From: Longimicrobiales bacterium
Lineage (GTDB): Bacteria; Gemmatimonadota; Gemmatimonadetes; Longimicrobiales; Gaopeijiaceae
Direction: 5' to 3'
DNA length: 64,000 nt
Assembly (NCBI GenBank): GCA_965219445.1
Contig: CBDCNQ010000005.1
Span: 1,280,001 to 1,344,000, forward strand
The position numbers and the translations under genes are program-made. Below are positions 43,367-53,375 of the stretch, in pieces. The notes beneath the pieces are model-generated. The model saw only the letters and a list, made by a program, of their open reading frames with translations. It did not search any database and was not told the DNA's origin. Position 1 is the first letter of the stretch. Every line of letters starts with the position of its first letter.

Positions 43367-43469
43367 GCCCGCGTCGGCACTCGAAGAGGTCGGTGCACCG
43401 TCCGGATGGCCGTGGCCACCTCGCGATGCGGCAATGCCCGCATGTGTTGCACGACGTCATGCTGGGACC

Positions 43470-44616
43470 TAGTGTTATGTTACAAAAGTCTTTAGCCCCT
43501 GAAGCTGGCAAGCGATATATTCAGGTCCATGGCCAACGAGACCAAGAAGTTGCGACTGCGTCGGGGGGACCTAAAGGTGCTGGAGTCCTGGGTTCGCTCG
43601 CGGACGCTGCCTCGACGTCAGGTGGAGCGAGCGCAGATGCTGCTTGCCGCTTCTCACGGGGAGTCGAGCCGAAGTATCGCGGAGGCGCTTGGCGTCGCTC
43701 GAGACACCGCTCGGCTGTGGATTCGTCGTTACGGGGAGGGCGGACTGAAGAGCGTCGCGAAGGACCGCGAGCGCGCCGGCCGGCCGCGCAAACTCACTCC
43801 CGCGCTTGAAGAAGAGATCGTGGCGAAGACGGTGAGCGAGAAGCCGCCGCCGGAGAAGTCTACGCACTGGAGCAGCCGCCTTCTGGCGGACGAGATGGGC
43901 CTCAATCATGTCGATGTTTGGCGTACATGGAGCAAGTTCGGACTCAAACCCCACAAGGTCCGCCGCTTCAAGCTCTCTCGCGACCCCCGCCTGGTCGAGA
44001 AGCTCAACGACGTGGTGGGCGTGTACCTCAATCCTCCCGACAACGCCGTCGCTTTCGCCTTCGACGAGAAGAGCCAGATCCAGGCCCTGGACCGTACTCA
44101 GCCGGGGCTGCCACTGAAACGGGGCCGCGCCGGCATCATGACGCACGACTACAAGCGCCATGGCACAACGACGCTTTTCGCCGCTCTTGACGTTGCGACG
44201 GGTCACGTCATCCATGACTGCATGCCCAAGCATCGCCATCAAGAGTTCCTGAAGTTCATGAAGACGGTTGTACGCAGCGTCGAACCGGAGCTTGAGGTCC
44301 ACGTCATCCTCGACAACTATGCGACCCACAAACACGAAGCCGTGCGCAACTGGCTGGCGCGAAACCCCCGCGTACAATTCCATTTCGTGCCCACCGGTGC
44401 CTCGTGGGCCAACATAGTAGAGCGCCTCTTCAGCGAGCTCGATCAGCGCCAGCTCAAGCGACTGGCCGTCCATAGCGTGCCCGAACTCATCGAAGCCATC
44501 GATGCCTATCTCGAGCAGCGCAATGAAGACCCCACGCCGTTCGTCTGGACTAAGTCCGCCCAGGAGATCCTCGACAAAATCGCGCGTGGGCCAAGAACTT
44601 TAGATACGGTACACTA
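43470..44616 (+). mobile_element. IS630-family insertion sequence, intact copy
   Basis: TA flanks in CTAG context; imperfect terminal IRs TAGTGT...AAAGT; full transposase. Confidence 0.93.
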
Positions 44617-44617
44617 G
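43529..44617 (+). CDS. IS630 family transposase
   Basis: [28 protein letters not shown]; the stop TAG uses the flanking TA. Confidence 0.95.
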   Translation: MANETKKLRLRRGDLKVLESWVRSRTLPRRQVERAQMLLAASHGESSRSIAEALGVARDTARLWIRRYGEGGLKSVAKDRERAGRPRKLTPALEEEIVAKTVSEKPPPEKSTHWSSRLLADEMGLNHVDVWRTWSKFGLKPHKVRRFKLSRDPRLVEKLNDVVGVYLNPPDNAVAFAFDEKSQIQALDRTQPGLPLKRGRAGIMTHDYKRHGTTTLFAALDVATGHVIHDCMPKHRHQEFLKFMKTVVRSVEPELEVHVILDNYATHKHEAVRNWLARNPRVQFHFVPTGASWANIVERLFSELDQRQLKRLAVHSVPELIEAIDAYLEQRNEDPTPFVWTKSAQEILDKIARGPRTLDTVH

Positions 44618-45010
44618 CTGGCTGAGTTCTCTCTGTCGGTCGACGGACAGGAGTACGCGATCCGGGCCGAGCCGGCCGAGGTTTTCGAGCGCGAGGAAGA
44701 AGTGGACCCGCATGCAGGGCATAGCCACGGGAAGAAGAGGAGCCGGCCACGGGGCTCGTCACCCTGTCCAAGGAAGAACCGTGGTCGTTTCCATGGGCCG
44801 TCTCCGCAAGATACCGGCTTGGTTTCCGGGCCCAGGTAAGCTGGTGGCTCCCCCTGAGGTCTCGTACACGTGTCTGCCCCGGTGGCGCGACTTGTGCAGG
44901 TGGATGGACCCTCACTGGGACCGGGTGACTTCGTCCGCACCGGGCGTGTCTTGGCTCTGATCGCGCTCATCAGCCTGGACAACTCGTACGCACGCACCCG
45001 TACCGGTGTT
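44618..45010 (+). pseudogene. Degraded RND efflux periplasmic adaptor (CzcB/CusB-like) fragment
   Basis: Frameshifted pieces DPHAGHSHG, VTLSKEE.WSFP, LVHVSAPV..LVQ, GDFVRTGRVLALI. Confidence 0.45.
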
Positions 45011-45095
45011 GTTGATGAACCGGGCGAGGAGTTCGGCGAAGAACCGGAATTCACTGGGTTCACACTGGGACGTTGGCTTAGAAAGTGAGGCTACA

Positions 45096-45935
45096 ATGGG
45101 CAACACGAAGGCTGGGCTACCGCACCGACCGCTTGAGGACACGGCGGCACCGATGCGGAGCAAGATCAGTAAGAAACAATACGAAATGGCACTGGCCAAA
45201 CTTCAGATCGAGTTGGTCAAGCTACAGAAGTGGATTCAAGATAAGGGGTTAAGGGTAGTCGTCATCTTCGAAGGACGGGATGCGGCGGGAAAGGGTGGTG
45301 CCATCAAACGGATCACACAGAGCCTCAATCCCCGCATCTGCCGAACCGTGGCCCTGGGAAAGCCCACGGAACGAGAAAAGAGCCAGTGGTATTTCCAGCG
45401 CTATGTCGTTCATCTTCCCGCTGCCGGCGAGATGGTACTGTTCGATCGAAGTTGGTACAACCGAGCCACCATCGAGCGGGTCATGGGCTTTTGCACTGAA
45501 GAAGAGTACGACGAATTCATGCAATCTTGTCCGACGTTCGAGCGCTTGCTCGTTCGCTCGGGGATCAAGTTGATTAAGTATTGGTTCTCAGTAAATGACG
45601 CGGAACAGGAGTATCGTTTTTTGCAGCGCATTAATGACCCGATTCGCAGATGGAAGATCAGCGAAATGGATCTGCGGTCACGTGAGAAGTGGATCGACTA
45701 CTCCATTGCCAAAGATGAGATGTTCAAATACACGGATATCGACCAAGCACCATGGTATGTCGTGGAGGGGGATGATAAGAAGCGAGCTCGACTGAATGTC
45801 ATGACACATCTTCTGAGCCTCATTCCGTATGACGAACTCAAGGCCCCAGAGCTCGAGCTCCCGCCTCGCCAGCCTGACTACGGCTACGTACGCCCACCGA
45901 GGAGCGGCCAGACATATGTGCCGGAAGTCTTCTAG
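45096..45935 (+). CDS. ppk2: Polyphosphate kinase 2 (single domain)
   Basis: FEGRDAAGKGG, WYFQRY, FDRSWY, WK.S..D. Confidence 0.95.
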   Translation: MGNTKAGLPHRPLEDTAAPMRSKISKKQYEMALAKLQIELVKLQKWIQDKGLRVVVIFEGRDAAGKGGAIKRITQSLNPRICRTVALGKPTEREKSQWYFQRYVVHLPAAGEMVLFDRSWYNRATIERVMGFCTEEEYDEFMQSCPTFERLLVRSGIKLIKYWFSVNDAEQEYRFLQRINDPIRRWKISEMDLRSREKWIDYSIAKDEMFKYTDIDQAPWYVVEGDDKKRARLNVMTHLLSLIPYDELKAPELELPPRQPDYGYVRPPRSGQTYVPEVF

Positions 45936-46805
45936 TGTTATGTTACAAAAGTCTTTAGCCCCTGAAGCTGGCAAGCGATATATTCAGGTCCATGGCCAAC
46001 GAGACCAAGAAGTTGCGACTGCGTCGGGGGGACCTAAAGGTGCTGGAGTCCTGGGTTCGCTCGCGGACGCTGCCTCGACGTCAGGTGGAGCGAGCGCAGA
46101 TGCTGCTTGCCGCTTCTCACGGGGAGTCGAGCCGAAGTATCGCGGAGGCGCTTGGCGTCGCTCGAGACACCGCTCGGCTGTGGATTCGTCGTTACGGGGA
46201 GGGCGGACTGAAGAGCGTCGCGAAGGACCGCGAGCGCGCCGGCCGGCCGCGCAAACTCACTCCCGCGCTTGAAGAAGAGATCGTGGCGAAGACGGTGAGC
46301 GAGAAGCCGCCGCCGGAGAAGTCTACGCACTGGAGCAGCCGCCTTCTGGCGGACGAGATGGGCCTCAATCATGTCGATGTTTGGCGTACATGGAGCAAGT
46401 TCGGACTCAAACCCCACAAGGTCCGCCGCTTCAAGCTCTCTCGCGACCCCCGCCTGGTCGAGAAGCTCAACGACGTGGTGGGCGTGTACCTCAATCCTCC
46501 CGACAACGCCGTCGCTTTCGCCTTCGACGAGAAGAGCCAGATCCAGGCCCTGGACCGTACTCAGCCGGGGCTGCCACTGAAACGGGGCCGCGCCGGCATC
46601 ATGACGCACGACTACAAGCGCCATGGCACAACGACGCTTTTCGCCGCTCTTGACGTTGCGACGGGTCACGTCATCTCATCGAAGCCATCGATGCCTATCT
46701 CGAGCAGCGCAATGAAGACCCCACGCCGTTCGTCTGGACTAAGTCCGCCCAGGAGATCCTCGACAAAATCGCGCGTGGGCTAAGAACTTTAGATACGGTA
46801 CACTA
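45933..46805 (+). mobile_element. IS630 second copy with a 274-bp internal deletion (transposase pseudogene 45992-46783)
   Basis: Near-identical to copy 1 but lacks the equivalent of 44213-44486; both ends are retained. Confidence 0.93.
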
Positions 46806-46832
46806 GGACCGGGGCGATGCGGTCGCACACAC

Positions 46833-46964
46833 GGGTTGTCGATCCGCAACGCTACAGCATTATTCTGTCCGCCCTGGGCATCGTGACACTACGGTGGCAC
46901 GCCGAGTTTCAACGTGGACCTCGGCGGCGAGGGAGGAATGCCTAGAATGGTGGATCGACAACCC
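46833..46964. mobile_element. 132-bp MITE-like segment
   Basis: 13-bp perfect terminal inverted repeat GGGTTGTCGATCC with extended imperfect similarity; no TSD seen. Confidence 0.45.
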
Positions 46965-47240
46965 TGCCTTCACGTAGATCCCGTCCGCCCATACGTAGAC
47001 GACCTCACGGCCCTCCAGGCGACGCTGGCTCCATTCCTCGAACTCCGCCGTCCATCCCGCCCGCAGTCTCCGAATCGAAGACTTCGACAGCGGTGCCCCC
47101 TCGGAAGCAGAGCGCCCAGCTCCTTCGTCCGCCTCGCGAACAACGGCAGCACCCGACTCTCGAACCGCTCCTCGACGCCCCGAACCCGAGGGCGTCGTAG
47201 TGTGATCGTGCCCGAGCTCATCGCCAACCGCCTCGGCAGA
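46960..47240 (-). pseudogene. IS256-family transposase fragment
   Basis: GTITLRRPRVRGVEERFESRVLPLFARR, then shifted APLSKSSIRRL...VYVWADGIYVKAG. Confidence 0.8.
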
Positions 47241-47468
47241 GTACAGATGGTGTGAATCACGGCAAGGAATCGTCTAAGTTCAACCAGAACTTTGCTGATG
47301 ACGTTCCAAGATGGCCCGTAACGACCCGTAGTGACCCTATAACCTCTGAAATTACAGTGTGTTGCGTTACACAAGCTGTGCCAGTTCGTCTATTACTGTG
47401 CCGGGACACCTATTGTATTCTCCCTTGAATAGTGTCCTATAAAGTGATCCACAGCACGGGAGAATACG

Positions 47469-48604
47469 ATGACACGGCGACCGGCAACCCTTACTGCCGC
47501 CTTCGTACGGACGGTGAGCAAGCCCGGCGTTTACGGCGACGGACGCGGCTCGCGCGGCCTGAGCTTGCGCGTTCACCGGATGAAGAGCGACCGGCTCTCG
47601 CGCACATGGAGGCAACGGTTGCGGGTCGCGGGGCGGCTGACGACGACCGGGCTCGGCCGGTTTCCCGAAGTCTCGTTGGCGGAAGCCCGGCACAAGGCCA
47701 TTGAGAACGCGCGGGCCATCGGCCAGGGTGTGGACCCGCGCGGCGGCGGCGTCCCGACGTTTCGCGAAGCCGCCGAAGAGACGATCCGGCTACACGCCGA
47801 ATCGTGGAAAGCCGGCTCGCCGCTCCCCGGGGAATGGCACTCGACGTTGAGGCTGTACGCCACGCCGATCCGGGACAAGCCGGTGGACCGGATCACGTCG
47901 GGCGACGTGCTGGCGTGTCTCCGGCCGGTATGGAACGTGAAGCCAGCCGCCGCGCGGAAAGCCCGGAACCGGCTCCGCGCGGCATTTCGCTGGTGCGTTG
48001 GACAAGGCTACATCTCGACGAATCCCGTGGACCGCGCAGTGGCTGCGCTCCCGAAGGTCAACGGCAACGGCACGACGCACCATCGCGCGCTCCCGCACGG
48101 TGAGGTTCCGGACGCGCTCCGGCGCATTCGGTCGGCCAACACGCAGGCATCCGCGCGGCTCGCCGTCGAGCTGATCGTCTTGACGGCGGCGCGCTCCGGC
48201 GAAGCGCGCGCCGCGACGTGGGACGAAATCGACACGGCGGCGAAGGTTTGGACGATCCCGCCGGCGAGAATGAAAGCCGGCCGGGAGCATCGCGTGCCGC
48301 TGTCCAGCGGCGCGCCAGCGAGCTTGCCGACGATTCGCCGTTCGTCTTCCCGACGCGGGCCGGCCGCGCGCTGTCCTCGAAATCCACTTACCGGGTGCTC
48401 CAGCTGGCCGGTGTCACCGGGACGACGCTGCACGGTTTCCGAACGTCGATTCGTGTCTGGATGGCCGAGACCGGCGTGGACCGCGAGACGGCGGAAGCCG
48501 TGTTGGCTCACGTCGTGCGCGGCACCGAGGGCGCGTACATGAGATCGGACCTGCTGGCGCGCCGGTGCGAAGTCATGCAGACATGGAGCGACTATGTCGC
48601 ATAG
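47469..48604 (+). pseudogene. P4-like tyrosine integrase with Arm-binding domain, frameshifted near 48315
   Basis: YGDG...GL.LRV, LG.FP.VSLAEAR, TAARSGE, RMKAG.EHRVPL; HGFR, LAH and AY.R lie in another frame. Confidence 0.85.
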
Positions 48605-48842
48605 TACGCGGAAGGATGGACCAGGGTGGCGCTCAACGTAGACGACGTGTTCATGGGACTCCGACCCCGAACGGCCCTCGGTCGAGTTGCCGGTATCGCC
48701 GAGCAAGATTGAAGCCGATGAGCGGGTCCGCGCCCGGTCCAATGATCCTGCTGGAAGGCCGCTTGCTTGGCCCATCGAGACACGCTCGCCCGAATCTCCT
48801 ATAATCAGGCGACAAGTCTGAGAGGACAGTACGTTCCGGGCC

Positions 48843-48955
48843 TTGGACATCCCTCCGGAACGGATGACGCCGCACGGCTTCCGAGCGATGGCGCGCACCA
48901 TTCTGGACGAGGTGCTGGGCTTCCGGCCCGACTTCATCGAGCACCAGCTGGCCCA
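48843..48955 (+). pseudogene. Second tyrosine integrase fragment
   Basis: MTPHGFRAMARTILDEVLGFRPDFIEHQLA. Confidence 0.75.
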
Positions 48956-49070
48956 GCGGGCGATCTGGTTGAGGTTGTTGCCGATGCGCGCGACCTGCCG
49001 GGTGCGCTCGTGCTCGACCTCGGCTGCCGCGGCCTTGGCCTTGGCCCGCCGCCAGGACACAAGAACGGGC
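48950..49070 (-). pseudogene. mobC: MobC-like relaxosome protein fragment
   Basis: RQVARIGNNLNQIARW. Confidence 0.7.
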
Positions 49071-49103
49071 GAGCCAGCCGCCCGTGACCTCCGCCCGAGT
49101 GCG

Positions 49104-49200
49104 GGCCTCAAGGGGGGATCGAAGGGGCGGAGTCCCTTGCCAGCCCCTGCCGGGGACCCGCGAAGCGTGGCCCCAAGGGGTAGGCTGGCTCTTGCACCGT
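49104..49200. other. Possible oriT-like region
   Basis: Upstream of the mobC relic; GCCAGCC...GGCTGGC inverted motif enclosing hairpins. Confidence 0.3.
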
Positions 49201-49258
49201 AAGGTGCTCCGAGCCAGCCCGGCGGACGCCGCCGAAGCAGCGGGGGAGGGCTTCGGCT

Positions 49259-50068
49259 GTGACCCGTCCAGATAGGCCCGCCCAAGCTATCTGCCGCAGT
49301 AACGCGGCTGCGGACTGCCGCAGACCCGGAACACGGCACTCCGGTTCGAAGATTCCCGGCATCGGTCGAGTGTGCCGAATCCACGCGCGCCGGATCTACC
49401 GGGCGCTCGGCGCCGGGAACCGCCGCCGCCGGATCACCTCCACGGAAGTGCTGATGCGGCGCCTGCTCTCGCTCGACTATGTGCTTGATCATTCCCGCCT
49501 GCCTTGGCTCCCGACCGAGCCGGAGAAGGTGGCCGCCTTCGAGGCGCTCGGCATCGAGCGCCCGCTCCTGCCGCAACGGGTCTACCGGGGAGCGGCCGGG
49601 AACCTCCGGCGCTACTTCCCGCTCCGGATGACGGTCGCGCTGGACGCCCGGCGCGCCGTTTTCGTCTACCTCGATCCGGGCCACGAGACAGCGACGGCAC
49701 TCCGCTCCTGGGGTGCGGCGCACCGCGAACTCTGGAAGGCGCTCTGGGATCGCGGCCGATCCGTCGAGGTCGTGGCCATCGTCCGGACACCGGAGGAGGA
49801 CAGCCGGGCGGAGACCGTGCTCGCCAACTGGGCGCGCGATCCCCGCCCCTCCGAATTCGACCACGGGATCGGCCGCGAGATCGACCTTATCGACCAGGCC
49901 ATCATCAAGGGGGATGTCCCGGTCCTGATGGAGTACGGAGGCTTGCAGGCCGCCATGAAGCGCAGCGTCGCGCTGACGAAGCGGGCGCGCAGGCAGGCAG
50001 GGCGGGGGCTGATGCAACGCACCGACACCTGGCGGACGGTTCGGCTCGCGGGGGCACGCTTCCGATGA
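49259..50068 (+). CDS. Hypothetical mobile-element protein, probably N-terminally truncated
   Basis: Long ORF with coding-like composition (RRLLSLDYVL..P..PWLPTEPEKV); no clear start. Confidence 0.55.
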   Translation: MTRPDRPAQAICRSNAAADCRRPGTRHSGSKIPGIGRVCRIHARRIYRALGAGNRRRRITSTEVLMRRLLSLDYVLDHSRLPWLPTEPEKVAAFEALGIERPLLPQRVYRGAAGNLRRYFPLRMTVALDARRAVFVYLDPGHETATALRSWGAAHRELWKALWDRGRSVEVVAIVRTPEEDSRAETVLANWARDPRPSEFDHGIGREIDLIDQAIIKGDVPVLMEYGGLQAAMKRSVALTKRARRQAGRGLMQRTDTWRTVRLAGARFR

Positions 50069-50599
50069 GAAGCCCACGCCTTGTGCCGTACTGGAGCGTG
50101 CATGAGACGTTGGGGGTCGATGCACGCATGGCACCCGTGAAGATGCGCAGACGCCGGATTCACCTATCCCGTGCGGGCGCTTGGAGTTGCGGTCGCTGCC
50201 ACCCGGCCGCCGGTGCCGCACTGGGCAGCACCGACGTGGAGGGGAGCGACCCCCCCTGTTGACGCCCTAGTAATGGCGTGGGGCGGTGCGGATTTTCACA
50301 AACCTCGCACCGCCTCCGGGGGGGTCGCTCCCGGTCCAATGATCCCTGGCGGGAAGGCCATAAGAGTGCCGCCGACAGGCGGATTGATGGGTCTGGCCTC
50401 TGGGTCTGCTCTCACCGGCCGCATGCGCTCTACAGTCGTCCGTGAAGCGGCGCCGATGCCCGAACTGGTCCGTGCGCCGACGGGCCGCCTCGACTTTGGT
50501 GCCGCTCCAAGGTGCATGAACTTCGCCTGCTCAGCCTCTCGGGCCACCTTGGTTCCCAGAGGCACGATTCTCGTATACCGCCATGCGTGGGGGGCTCTT

Positions 50600-51349
50600 G
50601 GTGGACCGATGCAATGTTAGGATCGAGCTGGTCTGAAGCTTTTCAGCGAGGAGGTCAGGATGGGAAGGAAGCGACCCACTCCGGAGCAGATCATCACTGC
50701 ACTGCGGGAGGCAGAGGTCGGTCTGGCCCGCGGCAAATCCGTGAAGCTGATCAGCCGGGAGCTCGGCATCACCGAGCAGACGTACTACCGGTGGAGAGGA
50801 GAGCGTGCCGGGTGCTCGGGCAGCCACGCACGACGGGCGTGCGCTGAAGCTGCTGACAGTGCTGGACGAGCACACGAGGGAGTGCCTGGCGATCGTGGTG
50901 GCTCGCAAGATCCGAGCCCACGACGTGCTCGAGGTGCTGGCCGATCTGTTCGTCCGACACGGGCCTCCCGAGTATCTGAGGTCGGACAACGGACCGGAGT
51001 TCACCGCGAAGCTCGTGCGGCGGTGGTTGGGGCGCGTGGGCGTCGAGACGCTCTTTATCGAGCCGGGCAGCCCGTGGGAGAACGGCTACAACGAGAGCTT
51101 CAACGGCAAGCTCAGGGACGAGCTGTTGAACGGGGAGATCTTCTACTCGTTGGCGCAGGCGGCCGTGCTGGTCGAGCAATGGAGGCGCGAGTACAATACC
51201 GTCCGACCCCACAGCGCCTGCGGCGGCTTTCCCCCGGCCCCTGAGGCGATTAAGCCGTCGCCCTGGTTCCTGAGGATGCCCGTCCTTCACGGCCCTCCAC
51301 AGGTGCTGGGACTAACATAGGATGTGGTACCGCTCTCGGGGGCAGGTCA
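50600..51349 (+). mobile_element. IS3-family element, internally deleted, left end truncated
   Basis: orfA N-terminus at 50660 (EQII..LRE..TYYRW) joined to orfB rve core (SDNGPEF, PGSPWENG..ESFNGK.RDE); right end GGGGGCAGGTCA. Confidence 0.85.
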
Positions 51350-51388
51350 AGACAACCACGGTGCAGAATGACAGTATGTGCTGACGAT

Positions 51389-52387
51389 ATGCCTCTGGGC
51401 CTTCAAGACCTAAAGTCTCATCTCTGGGATTGCGCCGAGATCCTGCGCGGCAGTGCCGTCGATCGGACGGACTGGAAGGCGTACATCCTGCCACTACTCT
51501 TCTTCAAGCGGATCTGCGACGTGTGGAACGAGGAGGCGGCGGAGGCCACGTTGGTGTACGGAGATGCCGACGCGGTGAACTTCCCTGAAGTGCACCGTTT
51601 CCATGTCCTAGAGGGTTGCCACTGGAAAGATATCCGTGAGACTCCGGCTAACGTCGGCGGGGCGCTCTCGCACGCCATGCGCGCCATCGAGCGCGCCAAT
51701 CCCGACACTCTCTACCGCGTCTTCGGGGCTGTGGATTGGGGCAACCGCGAGATGCTCACTGACGAGATCCTCAAAGACCTGATCGAAGGGCTCTCGGAGG
51801 TTTCGCTCGGTAACAGGGTCGCCAGCTCGGACATCCTGGGTGACGCCTATGAATACCTGATCGGTAAGTTCGCCGATCTCACCAAGCGCAAGAAGGCCGG
51901 AGAGTTCTACACGCCGAGAAGCGTGGTTCGCCTGATGGTCGATCTCCTGGATCCCAAGGAGGGCGAGAGCATCTACGACCCGGCCTGCGGCACGGGCGGC
52001 ATGCTGCTCGGGGCGATCGAGCACGTGCAGCGCGCCGGCGGTGACCCGCGTACCTTTTTCGGCAAGATCTACGGCCAGGAGAAGAACCTCACGACCTCGT
52101 CGATCGCCCGCATGAACCTCGTGCTCCACGGCATCGAGGACGTCCAGATCGTGCGCGAAGATACGCTACGGAGCCCAGCTTTCACGGACTCAAGCACGGG
52201 CGGGCTCGCAACCTTCGACTGCGTGATCGCCAATCCCCCCTTCTCGCTCAAGGAGTGGGGACGCGAGGTGTGGGAAGCTGACCCGTGGGGCCGGGCCGCC
52301 TTCGGCCTCCCGCCGGACAACTACGGCGACTTTGCCTGGATTCAGCACATGGTCGCATCAATGGCGGCAGGCACGGGCCGCATGGCC
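51389..52387 (+). pseudogene. hsdM: Type I restriction-modification M subunit, 3'-truncated
   Basis: LW..AEILRG, GDAYEYLI, GEFYTP, DPACGTGG, NPPF; similarity stops at GTGRMA; no hsdS or hsdR follows. Confidence 0.85.
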
Positions 52388-53375
52388 CACACCGCTGCGC
52401 GCCTTAGTCTGTGTCACGGGCGAGTGCACCGCAACCGCCGCACCTGCCCTCCAATCCGTGGCCCGCGAGCGACGTCTCATTCTCCGAACGGGCGCGCGCA
52501 CGTGCCTGTGCCGAGCACCGGCACAGACCGACTCTCGCGTGTCGCTCTGAAACCTTCTAACCTCCCCCTGCGTGGCCCCCAGCGTTACGAGGAGGGATGA
52601 TGGAGTCGCGGTTCCCAGATCTAACGTCGGGCTCGCCCCGTCACCCGTTACAGCGAGCGTTGGCCGTAGCGTTGGCCCTCGTGCCGGGAACTACCCTCCA
52701 TGCCGACAGCACCTTCCCGGCCCTTCCCGCCACTCAGGACCAGAGCGTCGAGGTCTTCGAGGCCTCGATCCCTGACCTCCAGGAAGCGATGACCGAGGGG
52801 CGCGTCACGTCACTGGAACTCGTGGACGCTTACCTCTCCAGGATCGGTGCATACGACCAGGGGGGTCCTGCGCTGAACAGCATGGTGTACCTGAACCCCA
52901 ATGCCCGGGCTCAGGCGGCCGCACTCGACCAGGAGCGCGCCATCCGCGGAGCCAGGGGACCGCTGCACGGTATCCCCATCATTCTGAAGGACAATTACGA
53001 CACAGCGGACCTACCGACTTCAGGCGGATCCATCGCGCTGGCCGGGATGATCCCCCCGGACGACGCCTTCCAGGTCCGCAAGCTACGGGAGGCCGGGGCG
53101 GTAATCATCGGAAAATCCAACATGCACGAGCTGGCGGCCGGCATCACGACCATCAGTTCGGTTGGAGGTCAGACCCGAAACCCGTACGACCCCTCCCGAA
53201 ACCCGGGCGGCTCCAGCGGTGGGACCGGAGCGGCGATCGCGGCCAGCTTCGCAGCCATCGGCTGGGGTAGCGACACTTGCGGATCCATTCGCATCCCGGC
53301 ATCGCACAACAACCTCTTCGGTCTCCGTCCGACTAAGGGCCTCTCGAGCATCGATGGGATCATCCCACTGTCACA

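Noticed and set aside
48008..50221. 737-aa minus-strand ORF
   Set aside because: Chance read-through across relics; only the short MobC-like stretch looks real
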